Assembly: GCA_032718475.1 (NCBI GenBank)
Contig: JAUCBJ010001697.1
Coordinates: 1-46,968, forward strand
DNA: 46,968 nt
Origin: Nemertoderma westbladi
Taxonomy: Eukaryota; Animalia; Xenacoelomorpha
Direction: 5' to 3'
The translations under genes and the position numbers were made by a program. Below are positions 11,945 to 22,934 of the stretch, one piece after another; within the stretch, counting starts at the first letter, position 1; each line of letters begins with the position of its first letter. The notes beneath the pieces were generated by a model. It was given only the letters and a program-made list of their open reading frames with translations, was not told where the DNA came from and ran no database searches.

Positions 11945-13500
11945 GGGGACGTGCACAAATGATGTCACGGTCGAGGGGGGGGGGGGGGGGGGGGGGGGAG
12001 GGAGGGGGGTAGTAGCTATACTTGTGACGCCACAATATCACTTTGGTGAACCAATAACATACATAACACCAACATCAACAGCCAAAGTGAAATCTATTCA
12101 ATTAATCGCGAATCGAGGTGATGAAATGTTAATTCTAAGTGGCGATAAAGATGAAGAACACCACATTGACTGGGTAGATAATAGAGTTGAAACTGAGACT
12201 TGTCACTGATCTCTGGATTCTCCGGGCAATTTTTTGGTCTCCGGATAGGTCTCTGGTTCCCGGGTATTGAAAACAGACATTTTACCCAGAGATCAGTGAT
12301 TTTGACAAATTAGAAATAGATATTTAAAAATAGATCCTGTACAACACAAAATGTGAAATGAAGATAATTTTTCACAAATTTTTTACAATTAATTATTTCT
12401 TTAATTTTTAACTATTTTACATAACCGCTTCAACACAATTATATATTCACTTTTACACTATTTCTAATAAATGTACCGATAATCTTCTTATTAATTAATT
12501 TAAGGTGCGTTTAATTTTAAGTTAAATTAGCACCTAAAGATGGTTCTTATTTAAGGATAAGGGCGCTTAATTTGAGCACCCATAATGTTTAAAAGTGAAA
12601 GAAAGGGCTGTTCTCCATTCAATTTGTTATAGGATAGATAATATGACGACCAAATGGAGAGAACGAGCGTAACGAGGCTTGTAAATGGGGCGAGTAGAGC
12701 ACTATACCTGTGCACTAAGTATTCGTAAATGACTAAGTTTATAGTATATTGAAATGTATATGATTTGAACAATTGTAAAATAAGTGCCTTTAATTAACAA
12801 AGTACCGGTACCTATGGCGCAAAACAAAATTAATGTAACATTTATTAACAATAACAAAATAAAACGAATTAATAAACAAATAACCAAATTAATATTAATT
12901 AAGCCCCCCAAACTGTACGTGCGCTTATTTTCTTACAATGGGTAAGGGTTGGAATGGGTTGGATTTACTTTCTGTAATTGAACCATAGAAAAATAGTTCT
13001 AAGGCCGTATGTACCTGTTTGTGCTATAGGGGAGTAATCAAATTGTAAGTAGAAAAATAAGCAAAGTCTCTGATCTCCGGCTCTGGTCTCCGGTATTTTT
13101 CAAAATAATTCTCCGGGTAGGGCTCTGGTTCACCGGGATTAAGAAAAACAGGTCTCTGTTTCAACTCTAGTAGATAAGGACGCGGTAGAGTTAGACCCAG
13201 GAAGTGGCACAATAGTCGGTCCTATACCTGGGGCACTTCCGGTGATTGATGTCGTCATTCCCATGGGAGTGAATATGTGGGGTGTCTTCCTTGTTTAGTC
13301 ATTGTGTACAGCAGAATTAATGAAGTATTAACATTTAGTCTTAATAACATAATAAATTAAAATTTAACATTTTTTATTAACTATACTGGGTATTTTTTGT
13401 GACGTGACGTTCAAAGGGGGAAGGGGGTTACAAAATTCGTGGCAGATTGTGACAGGGGGGGGGGGGGGGGGGGTTGAAAATCGTCAAAAAAAGCGTGACA
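11945..13500 (+). mobile_element. MITE copy 1 (GGGGACGTGCACAAATGATGTC end), lacking its right TIR and interrupted by a hAT insertion
   Basis: 11945-12181 plus 13178-13500 is the reverse complement of the intact copy at 16012-16581. Confidence 0.85.
12182..13169. mobile_element. Non-autonomous hAT-type DNA transposon (988 bp) nested in a MITE
   Basis: 18-bp TIR TAGAGTTGAAAC(T/A)GAGAC; perfect 8-bp TSD GTAGATAA (12174-12181 and 13170-13177); subterminal TCTCCGG motifs. The empty site is visible in the sister MITE at 16012-16581. Confidence 0.9.
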
Positions 13501-13813
13501 ATCAACAAAAAGTGTTAGGATAAGAGAATACGCGCAGTACAATTACAGTATAACTATTATATCAACCCGCGAAGTATGAGAAACGATTTTTAAACAAATT
13601 TTTACAAAATCGGCATTTTTTTTAAGGAAATTGCACTTCTTGTGAAAATTGGCGAAACAGTAAAGATAAATTTGGTGTTATTGTTCGATGGGCTATTCGT
13701 CGCTTCCAACCTTATCTACTAACTGTTTACACCGATGGAACGTATCGAAATACCAGCAAAGTAACTCGCCCGGGTACATTTTTAGTGGTTATTGGTTTAT
13801 TTTTGTTATTTAG

Positions 13814-14216
13814 GTTGCTAAACAACGCGCGGAGCTGGACGGTACCACGGTGCGCGGTAAGTCAGTGCCGCGCCCGATCCGCTCGTGGGCGCAGTGCGGC
13901 GTGTCCAACCGGATCCTGGCGGCTCTGCGGCGCGGCGGCTACCACCGCCCCACCCCTATACAGTCGCAGGCGATACCGGTAGTGATGTCGGGCCGCGATA
14001 TGATGGGCATCGCGCCCACCGGCAGCGGGAAAACCTTGGCCTTCCTCGTACCGATGTTCCGTCACGTCGCCGATCAGACGGAGTTGGGGCAGGGCGACGG
14101 GGCGATCGCCGTGGTGCTGACCCCCACGCGGGAGCTAGCCATGCAGATAGCGCGGGACGCTAGGAGGTTCACTAAGTCGTTGGGGATAAGAGTGGCGTGT
14201 GTGTACGGCGGGACGG
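13814..14216 (+). CDS. DDX46: DDX46 exon 4 (Q motif, motif I APTGSGKT, motif Ia PTRELA)
   Basis: Acceptor ttatttAG|GTT; donor G|GTTAGT (phase 1). Confidence 0.96.
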
Positions 14217-16011
14217 GTTAGTTTTTTGTTTATATACGAGTAGCAGTTAGTTTCAGATAGTTCGATTAGATTAAGCTTTATTTAATAATTAATCTTAATT
14301 GTATAATTGTTACTTTTTTGTATATTATATACACTAATAGGAACATTTCGGTGTTTGAGGGTGGAGGGGTGGCCCCTAATAAAAATAATTTAAATTGTAC
14401 GCAGATTTCCAATAGGGGTGCTGTTTGGGCCGATTTTGTTATTGTAAAGTTTTACAGTAAATTGTGTTCCTAAATTTAATTAAATGTTTTCGTTACAGTA
14501 TGATTCCATACTGTAATGGATTAACGAAATTATATATCGCGAAATTAAATTAATTGCGTTCAATTTCACTTGAAGCAGCTCCCCAATCTGAATCTGCAGC
14601 ATTTTTTTTAGACCAACTTACAAATTTATGTAACACAATTAATTTTTTGTGAAGGAATTTTTGTAGAAAGGCAGCAACTCCATATTGCTTGAGTTTCGTT
14701 TTCTTTTTGATAAACAAGAAAAAATTATACTTATGGTGGTTTACAAGTTTTTTAAGGTACAAATCTATGAAATTGCTCCAGAACGATAAAATTTGTCGAT
14801 AATCCGTAATTTCAGATTCAGATTTATTAATAAGATTTGACATTGTTATCTGTTTAAAAGGAAAACCTTAGTAAAGTGTATCATCTCTTATATAGTTCTC
14901 GAGTAATCGCAGTTTTTTCGCAGATTATATATCGCTGGTGTCAGACAAATTATAAGACAGACAGACCAGATTCCACCAAAAATTATAACTTACATTGTAA
15001 ATGGAATCACCGCCACGGAAACCCCCCATAATGAAAATTTATTATCGGTGGTTGTTGGGTGGTGTCCTTTCTTGGTGCCAGATAATATTAACCAACCGGA
15101 CCCCGACATACAGCGCGAGACGGGACGGTACAATCTTTAAATGTGATCATCTCTGGACTAAAACAATTATATAAATGCTAAAAATCGACCTTATTCCTTC
15201 AAATTGTTCACCAGAAATTTTAAAGTACAACCGTTTCTTTGATCTACATTTTTTAACCACCGTTGTTTTTTACAAATTCTTCACAATTTCGAGACGAACA
15301 TTGATTGTTGCACCGCTAGAGCTGTTGCTCTGACTATACCCATCCAGTTCCGGAAACTGACATGTACCACGCAGCTTGCTCGTCTAAAGTTTACTTTCAG
15401 TTTCAGGTTCATTACACTCTGTCATCATTACAGTTTATTTCGGTCGCGGTGTCCAGGTAAAGGTTATTCCTTTACAGGTTAGCTTGCGCCGGAAGTATGC
15501 CAACGTCATAATGACGTCATTAGAGATGCCAACCTCATCATTGCTTCTGGGATAAAGAACAACTTGGATCGTGTCTGTAATGGTTCCAGAACGCTCGTTT
15601 CTCCAACGAAGGCCGTCGAGGTACTTGATACTTTGAATCAATAAGATGTTTATAGTATCCGGACCCATGAAAAATGGCGATAATTTATTTTACTTTCTTT
15701 GTTTCAGATTTCCTGTGGTTTATTTCAGATTTTAGACTTGTCAATCAATTAATGGATCCTCACCTCCTAAATCACCAACTATAAATTTTGATCTCATTTG
15801 GTCACAATGGAATGGTAATTTGTGATAATAATGTAAAGGAGATATTCCAAGGAACATTGATTCTATAGCAACCAGAACGCACTGTTTATAAGATGGGTTC
15901 AAAATGTGACTGACTACATGGCGAAGAAGGCTATTAACTCATTAAAATCTGAAATGTCAGATTACTAAGTATCTTTCACCTGCGACACAAACTTCAGCTA
16001 TAATAGCCTTA

Positions 16012-16581
16012 GGGGCCGGGCACTAATGATGTCACGCTTTTTATGACGATTTTCGACCCCCCCCCTGTCACAATCTGCCACGAATTTTGTAACCCCCTTC
16101 CCCCTTTGAACGTCACGTCACTAAAAATACCCAGTTATAGTTAATAAAAAATGTTAAATTTTAAATTATTATGTTATTAATACTGAATGTTAATACTTCA
16201 TTAATTCTGCTGTACACAACGACTAAACAAGGAAGACACCCCACATATTCACTCCCATGGGAATGACGACATCGATCACCGGAAGTGCCCCAGGTATACG
16301 ACCGACTATTGTGCCACTTCCTGGGTCTAACTCTGCCTCGTCCTTATCTACCCAATCAATGTGGTGTTCTTCATCTTTATCGCCACTTAGAATTAACAAT
16401 TCATCACCTCGATTCGCGATTAATTGAATATATTTCACTTTGGCTGTTGATGTTGGTGTTATTATGTTATTGGTTCACCAAAGTGCTATTGTGACGTCAC
16501 AAGTATAGCTACTACCCCCCCCCCCCCTCATGTCACAAAATTGCACCCCCCTCCCCCGAGACATCATTTGTGCACGTCCCC
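16012..16581 (-). mobile_element. MITE copy 2, intact (570 bp); superfamily uncertain (PIF/Harbinger- or Tc1/mariner-type)
   Basis: Imperfect TIR GGGG(C/A)CG(G/T)GCAC(T/A)AATGATGTC with TA on both sides. The reconstructed empty site is the palindrome GCCTTAAGGC. Confidence 0.85.
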
Positions 16582-17299
16582 TAAGGCTCTTTATTGGCGA
16601 CGACCAGGTTACACACGAGATGACTTCTCTTCGAAAATGTCGGCGCTAAGCACTTCATTATGATTATACACAACCCCGACAATGAAGATAAGTCTTGTGT
16701 TTTTAACTTGCAATCAACTCCTTAACTTCATTTTCTGTCCTAATAATTCTCATGAATCGATTTATCTTCGAGCAAATTACCCCTCCTGTATGCCGTTATA
16801 CCAGTTGATGTCCAGAAGACGAGAGAGAAGCTCAACCCTATTTACTGTAGAAAATAAATATTTTTAGTAGTTTTTAGTTTGTATTGTTCCTATAGTTAAA
16901 TATATTAATAGTAGCAAGCTGCGTGGACATGACTGTTTAACTGCTTTATGTTCCTTTCAAAATAAATTGTATTATGATTGGGGCCTTGTCAAAGCAAGCT
17001 AAAATATAATCCCAAAAAAATGTTCTATTGCATTTACATATGTTCACTACTAAAATTTTCGTTATATTTTATAATTTTTTGAGCAAAATAATAATATTTC
17101 CGACTGGATTATATTTATATAATTAACTTTGTGTGCCAGAGATTGTTTAAAATGGCATTAAAACATAGACGTTGTTAATTAATTAATTAATTTCGCTGAG
17201 TTTTCATGTTCGGGACTTGGCGATTTTATCTTTAGTATTTTTCAGGTTTTCTCTGAAGAGGAATTGATTGGTCACTATTTTACTTTATACTTACTTAAT

Positions 17300-17548
17300 A
17301 CTTATACTTATACTTATGAATGGGAGAATCTTTTAGGCTCGTTAAGCCAAGGAATGCCTGTTCACCACCAGGGGTGATCTTCCACAGGAAACTCTTCCAC
17401 TCTGTTTCCCAAGTTGCCTTGGTTCCCATTTATCGACCACTGAAGGATGAAAGCCGGGGTTGGGCTAGGCTGCAGCATTTAAAGCACTGTGCCCAAACAG
17501 TGCTGCCCCATCTAGGGATTGAACCAGGGCTCCCTAATCGGAAGCCCA
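17300..17548 (-). mobile_element. 5'-truncated tRNA-derived SINE with an RTE-type (TAAGTA)n tail
   Basis: B-box GGTTCAATCCC on the minus strand (~17515-17525); (TACTTA)n at 17300-17317; ~28-bp flanking direct repeat GTCACTATTT(T)ACTTTATACTTACTTAAT at 17271-17299 and 17549-17576. Confidence 0.7.
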
Positions 17549-18126
17549 GTCACTATTTACTTTATACTTACTTAATTACAATGACAGGATACGATGTGGT
17601 ATTTCGAAAATTGCAGTTCGTGTCAAAATTTTGATTATCGATTTCACAAGATGTCGAAGAAGAAAAAAGTTTCCTATAGTAGTTGTAATTTACCAATTAG
17701 ATTAATTTCACTAAATATTATTTTCTACGCAATCTAAGCAGCTATTAATTTTCTGATTGCTATACAAAATAATTAATTATACAAAAAACACAAGTAATAT
17801 AACTTAGTGACTTTAATTACCGTATCGACTTGAACAAGAGCTCGTGGGTAAGTTACCTACCGTATTATTATGTAGTAGCCCAGTCCTAACCAACCACAAT
17901 TTTTAAATCCTATCTTCAATTTTTCGAATCATTTCGTATTTTCTCAAAATATAATTCGTATCATATCCTATCCCTTCTTACTAGTTCTAAAATATAAACT
18001 TACGCTATCGCTAGTTCCAATCTGTTATATTCGTTCTGCTTATAGTTACTGTCCTTATTTCCCAATCATGTGCTCGTTGTTTGCTGTGGTCACCGAACAC
18101 CGCATTACATATAGACTAGCACTTGA

Positions 18127-18408
<282 letters not shown>

Positions 18409-18744
18409 TAACTACTCTAACTAAGTTAATAGCTCGTTTTTTTCTAAGATTGATCAGTTTAATTCAAAGGATTTTAGATCCGAATTTCTCTTTTAATTCA
18501 TAATCAATCATAACTTCAAGTAATTCGTTAAAAGATATATGTCAGATGTCTCCAGCTCCACAGTAAATGGAAAAGATCAATTAAATCAATACGGCAATTG
18601 TTGTTACCAGTGTATCATCTTCACTGCGACATTAGAGATTTATAATGAATGACGCAATCAAACAGAACAGCTTTGTGCTTTTACAATCAGTGAAGGTTAT
18701 GGTAATACAATACACTGTCCATATTATTATTGCAAGTATGCACC

Positions 18745-18850
18745 CGATGGCAGGGTTGGGCGCTACGCTACTCCTATCCCAAGATTTGCTCCCAGTAATT
18801 TAACTAATTTTATCGACCCCAGTAGATGAATGGCTGAGTGGACTGAGTGG
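18745..18850 (-). mobile_element. Degenerate SINE-like fragment containing one copy of the 36-bp satellite monomer
   Basis: GGCAGGGTTGGGCGCTACGCTACTCCTATC resembles the 33331-35153 monomer. TTTATCGACCCCAGTAGATGAA resembles TTTATCGACCACTGAAGGATGAA in the SINE at 17300-17548. Confidence 0.45.
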
Positions 18851-18955
18851 AAAACATGGTAATAGGGTGGGACAGTTAGTAACAGGTGGGACTGGGACAG
18901 GCCTTTAACGGGCTATAACATCTTGTAATATTTTATAGCTATGGGATGTTTGTAC

Positions 18956-19097
18956 GGTGGCTGATCTTTGCCAATTAATTTTTTTTTCAGAAGTTCTCCA
19001 TGACGTCATTATTTTTGGTCGACCATAAATTATGACGTCATGGAGAACTTCTGAAAAAAAAAGTAAAAAAATAATTAATTGGCAAAGATCAGCCACC
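18956..19097. repeat. Near-perfect 142-bp palindrome (foldback or collapsed MITE)
   Basis: Arms GGTGGCTGATCTTTGCCAATTAATT...TTCAGAAGTTCTCCATGACGTCAT are mirrored around a central GGTCGACC. TA lies one base outside each end. Confidence 0.85.
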
Positions 19098-19306
19098 ATA
19101 GGTTTGCCACGATCATAGCTGTAATTTTCTAATCACCATCTTTCAGAAAATATATAGTTTAATGAGGTTTGGAACAAAAAATATTTTGACAAAATTTGGC
19201 TAATATTTTGTAGAATGAACCACCATATATAGGCCTAACCAGATAGCAGTATTGTAATAGTAGCGAATACCTGTATCGGTACATATTGTTACTCTCAGTC
19301 TGTCGT

Positions 19307-19480
19307 GGCACCCATGGGCCATGGTAACATTTACGTCTACGGGAAAGGCACCCATGGGCCATGGTAACATTTACGTCTACGGGAAAGGCACACATGGGCC
19401 ATGGTAACATTTACGTCTACGGGAAAGGCACACATGGGCCATGGTAACATTTACGTCTACGGGAAAGGCACTCATGGGCC
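19307..19480. repeat. 40-bp tandem repeat, about 4.3 copies
   Basis: Unit GGCACCCATGGGCCATGGTAACATTTACGTCTACGGGAAA. Confidence 0.95.
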
Positions 19481-20486
19481 ACGTGGAAGAAAACATTTTA
19501 TTAACAAAAAATATTTTATTTTAATTTTGGCCGCACTGGGCCATGTTTTGGCCCAGTAAGGCCATATTTTTTTATTATTTATGTATTATATTATAATTTC
19601 TTAGATAACAAATCCTAAATTTCGCTTTGGCCTTAATGGGCCACCATACACACCACTAATAAATTATAAATACAGCAATAGGCATACTCCAATACTACAA
19701 TGCAATAGATGGATAGGGCCGAGTGGTTGAGTTGCATAGCATAGGGAGCCAGGAGCCAGGCAATATACCAAGATGGCAAAATTGCAAACAGCATTTTATC
19801 AATGTTCATGATCATGAATTTAAGTAATTATAATGGTAAAATACGCGCAAGATTATCCGTTTTCAATTGATATAAGCCACGTGTGAAAATATTGAGATGA
19901 AATGTGTATTTAAATGGATCTAGAATCACCCTCCATAGAAACCAATATAAGAAATTATCAGAGCACCGCCTAATGACTTCAAATATGTAGCAGCCAAGCC
20001 AATCACAGCCGATTTTCAAAGTTGGCTTCCCGGGCTTACTTAAACCCGCATTTCGACCATGTGTTTTTACAAAAAAAACACCCCCCCACTTGATTCATGG
20101 CACCTTGTCACCCCTTATTCGATTGTTTCTAGCACAACAATTTTTTCGCGCACCAACACTATTAGTTTGTTTGGGTTTGTTTACAGAACTGTAAACGCCC
20201 AAATTAACCCAACAGTCATATGTTGTTACTCGATGCACCTCACACCTGATTCACTTTAAAATCTGTCTCAATATCCGACGCCTTTTCAACCACTCTCTGA
20301 CTGCTGCCTATGCCGTTTTTGCAACCACATCAGCTATAGCTGTTTGCGACGGCAGGTCCGTTAGTACACGCTTCCCGAATATACTTTGTTTACCGTCCGT
20401 ATGATGAGCCTATAGGATTAAAACAATTGAAATTGATTATTCCAAATAAATTTATATGCCGAATTAATTTTTGTTATTTATAATTG

Positions 20487-20720
20487 TATGGGGCTTTCTG
20501 GACAAACGCAAGGCAGCGCAATGAAAATTAGCGCAACGAGAATTTCTTATATTGTAATTGTATTAGAATAGAATTCGGTTGTTTAAATACAGACTGACAC
20601 ATCCATGGTAACCAGAATTCACTATAATAAATAATAAACGGCGCGAATTGAAATAGAACTATGAGTAATTCTCGTTACGCCAATTTTCATTGCGTTGTGT
20701 ATTTTCTATAAATCCCTGTA
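20487..20720. mobile_element. Old degenerate MITE
   Basis: CAGCGCAATGAAAATTAGCGCAACGAGAATT is inverted against AATTCTCGTTACGCCAATTTTCATTGCGTTG; the right end reads CCCTGTA. Confidence 0.55.
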
Positions 20721-21822
20721 TGGCACATTGGCACACATCTTAGATCTAGGCAATGCAATCTTACTGCTGTACAGCTGTAGGCCTACTGCAGTACTGACAT
20801 CAGGATAAGGCCATCTAAATAACAGGCCATGACAAGGACCTAACCTGCAAAATTATCGTAGGCTGACTGCTGAATTATCAAATATTATATTTTCCACGAA
20901 TGCAGGGTCCATATTTAAAAGAAGATGACTAGATTTTCGTAAATAATTTAATTGAAACAGTATTTAATAATTAATTAATTAATTATCGCTCGATTTCCTG
21001 CAGCTTATTATGTTTGTTTGTGGCTGCCTCTGGCTATATTTGTGGCAGGAATGTTTGAACGCTAATAAGTCAGTCAATCATGGATGAAATGGAACCAAAC
21101 TTGGTGCACATGTAGTCTATAAAGAAATTAGAAATTATACACACAGACAGACTTATACAGTTCCTCTGTCTGCCGCTACGGGGTGAATTGACAGAAACAT
21201 AAAAATAGCAGTAATTATAGAACCAACCATCAGATTCATCTGAAATTGGGTAGTAGTAGCCTACGAGCATTTCTTAATCAGAAAGCCTACACACAGACAG
21301 ACTTTTACAGTTCCAGTCTGCCACTAGGGGGAATTGTTAAAGCTCCAGTTCAACGTGCTTAGCACGGTTTAATAAACAATAAATTCATTTTTTATTCATT
21401 TACAGTAATTATAACCAGTGAAATGCAATGTATTCTATTTTCTAGTAAAATCGAGAGACATGGGGGGGGGGGACGCAAATCCCATCTTGGCGAAATAATA
21501 TCCCGCCTCAATGTTAAATTCTCAATTTAGGGAAAGGAGCCAGGTTACAGTGGCACGATATTTTAACCAAAACAATAAACTTTGTTTATTATTTGTTTAC
21601 AATAAACAGTTTTATTTTTGAGAGTAATCAGCTGTTATTTGCGTCCAATTTCCCCTGGAGAGGGATGAATTTTTATTGCGTCCAGTTTCCAGAAAAATAT
21701 ATTAATTCCAGTTTTCAGAAAAATATCGGCTGTAAATACAGTTTTACACAAGATGACAAGGGCGTTACATCCTGTTGTATAAGAAATATAAAAATGTAAC
21801 ACAAAATACAAGACTATCGTAG

Positions 21823-22097
21823 TGTAGCGATACTGTATGCGGGACTTAGGAGATATACAGTAGTGGCGTCCCTAGTTGCCTAGCAACGGACGATGTGGAG
21901 TTTTACATACAGACTGTCCATCTATCATCTTTTGGTACCGTACACTGCAGTACCGGCACGCTGTGTGCTATACGGATGACTGCGGCCCTATCCCGGTATA
22001 TCTATATCTTTACAGTAGCAATGCATTGCTAACTATTATTATTATAATACATAATAACCCGCGCTTCGATTTATTCATTGAGAATAACGCCGCTACA
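21823..22097 (+). repeat. 5' LTR
   Basis: TG...CA ends; identical by eye to 26171-26445. Confidence 0.97.
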
Positions 22098-22099
22098 TT

Positions 22100-22110
22100 T
22101 GGTGACCCGG
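22100..22110 (+). promoter_or_regulatory. Primer-binding site, probably tRNA-Trp
   Basis: TGGTGACCCGG starts 2 nt after the LTR. Its first 9 nt match the usual tRNA-Trp PBS TGGTGACCCC. Confidence 0.65.
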
Positions 22111-22139
22111 CACTCGCAAACTTCCGACCTCATCATACC

Positions 22140-22904
22140 ATGCCCCTTGAAGCTGCCGACATCCAGGCTTTGGCCGAGGCCATTCAAGGCCTCAACGTGG
22201 CTCCAGCGGCTGCCGCCGCAGCCGCCCCGGCCGCCGCTGTATCTGCAGTCTCCCTCAAGCTCCCCACCTTCTGGACCAACGACCCAGACTTGTGGTTCAC
22301 TCAAGTGGAGGCACAATTTGACATTCGAAACATTACTGCAGACAAGACGAAGTTTCACTACATCGTCTCTGCACTCGATAATGCCACTGCCGCCGAGGTC
22401 CGGAAAATCGTCATGGAACCACCCACCACCGATGCCTACCCTACCCTCAAGAAGGCCCTCACGGAAGCCTTCGGCCGCACTCAGGCCTCGAAGGATGCCG
22501 AACTTCTCCGTCTCTCCGGCATCGGGGACCGCCGCCCAACCGCTCTCCTCCGGCACATCCAGGGCCTGAACGCCGACCCCGAGACACTCCTTCGGGCGTT
22601 ATACTTGCAGCTTCTCCCAGTGGAGGTGCGACGCGTCCTTGCCGGTTCGAACAAAACGAACATCGAGGAGTTGGCCAAAGACGCAGACCGCATCATGGAG
22701 GCCTCGAACCCAGTGTCGGGCGTCTCCGCTGTCCGCCGCCCCGGAGCACCACGTTCCTCGTCATCGTCTCAGGAACTCTGTTACTACCACAGCCGGTTCG
22801 GGGATTCTGCTCGCAACTGCGAACACGGCCGATGCCCGCTAGCCTCCCTCGTCAAACGTTCCGGCCCCTCCAAACCGCCGGGAAACGCCGGCGCCGGCCG
22901 CTAG
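22140..22904 (+). CDS. gag: Gag (254 aa) with CHCC zinc knuckle
   Basis: First ATG after the PBS (MPLEAAD...); conserved LKLPTFW..DPDLWFTQVEAQF block; CYYHSRFGDSARNCEHGRC is the CHCC-type motif typical of CsRn1-clade elements. Confidence 0.9.
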   Translation: MPLEAADIQALAEAIQGLNVAPAAAAAAAPAAAVSAVSLKLPTFWTNDPDLWFTQVEAQFDIRNITADKTKFHYIVSALDNATAAEVRKIVMEPPTTDAYPTLKKALTEAFGRTQASKDAELLRLSGIGDRRPTALLRHIQGLNADPETLLRALYLQLLPVEVRRVLAGSNKTNIEELAKDADRIMEASNPVSGVSAVRRPGAPRSSSSSQELCYYHSRFGDSARNCEHGRCPLASLVKRSGPSKPPGNAGAGR

Positions 22905-22934
22905 TCCCTGCGGTTGGCGTCTCCAGGAAGGGGC
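22880..22934 (+). promoter_or_regulatory. Programmed -1 ribosomal frameshift signal (G_GGA_AAC plus stem-loop or pseudoknot)
   Basis: X_XXY_YYZ heptamer at 22880-22886 in gag frame, and pol is in the -1 frame. Stem 22890-22901 pairs with 22910-22921 (3 G-U pairs). Confidence 0.75.

Noticed and set aside
14550-15668. Minus-strand ORFs of 97 and 77 aa in intron 4 as further nested genes
   Set aside because: No recognisable domain or convincing splice structure. They may be TE remnants and I cannot support them.
11916-16494. Similar short ORFs (11916-12209, 13024-13212, 16223-16438, 16285-16494) as a gene family
   Set aside because: They are chance translations of two copies of the same MITE.
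20170-20320. Minus-strand words resembling small-subunit rRNA (GGCAGCAGT, TTGGGCGT)
   Set aside because: The matches are too short and the conserved GTGCCAGCAGCCGCGGTAA block between them is absent.
21876-22139. N-terminal extension of gag, and ORF 26224-26592
   Set aside because: These start at a TTG inside the LTR and repeat only because the LTRs are identical. The plausible gag start is ATG 22140.
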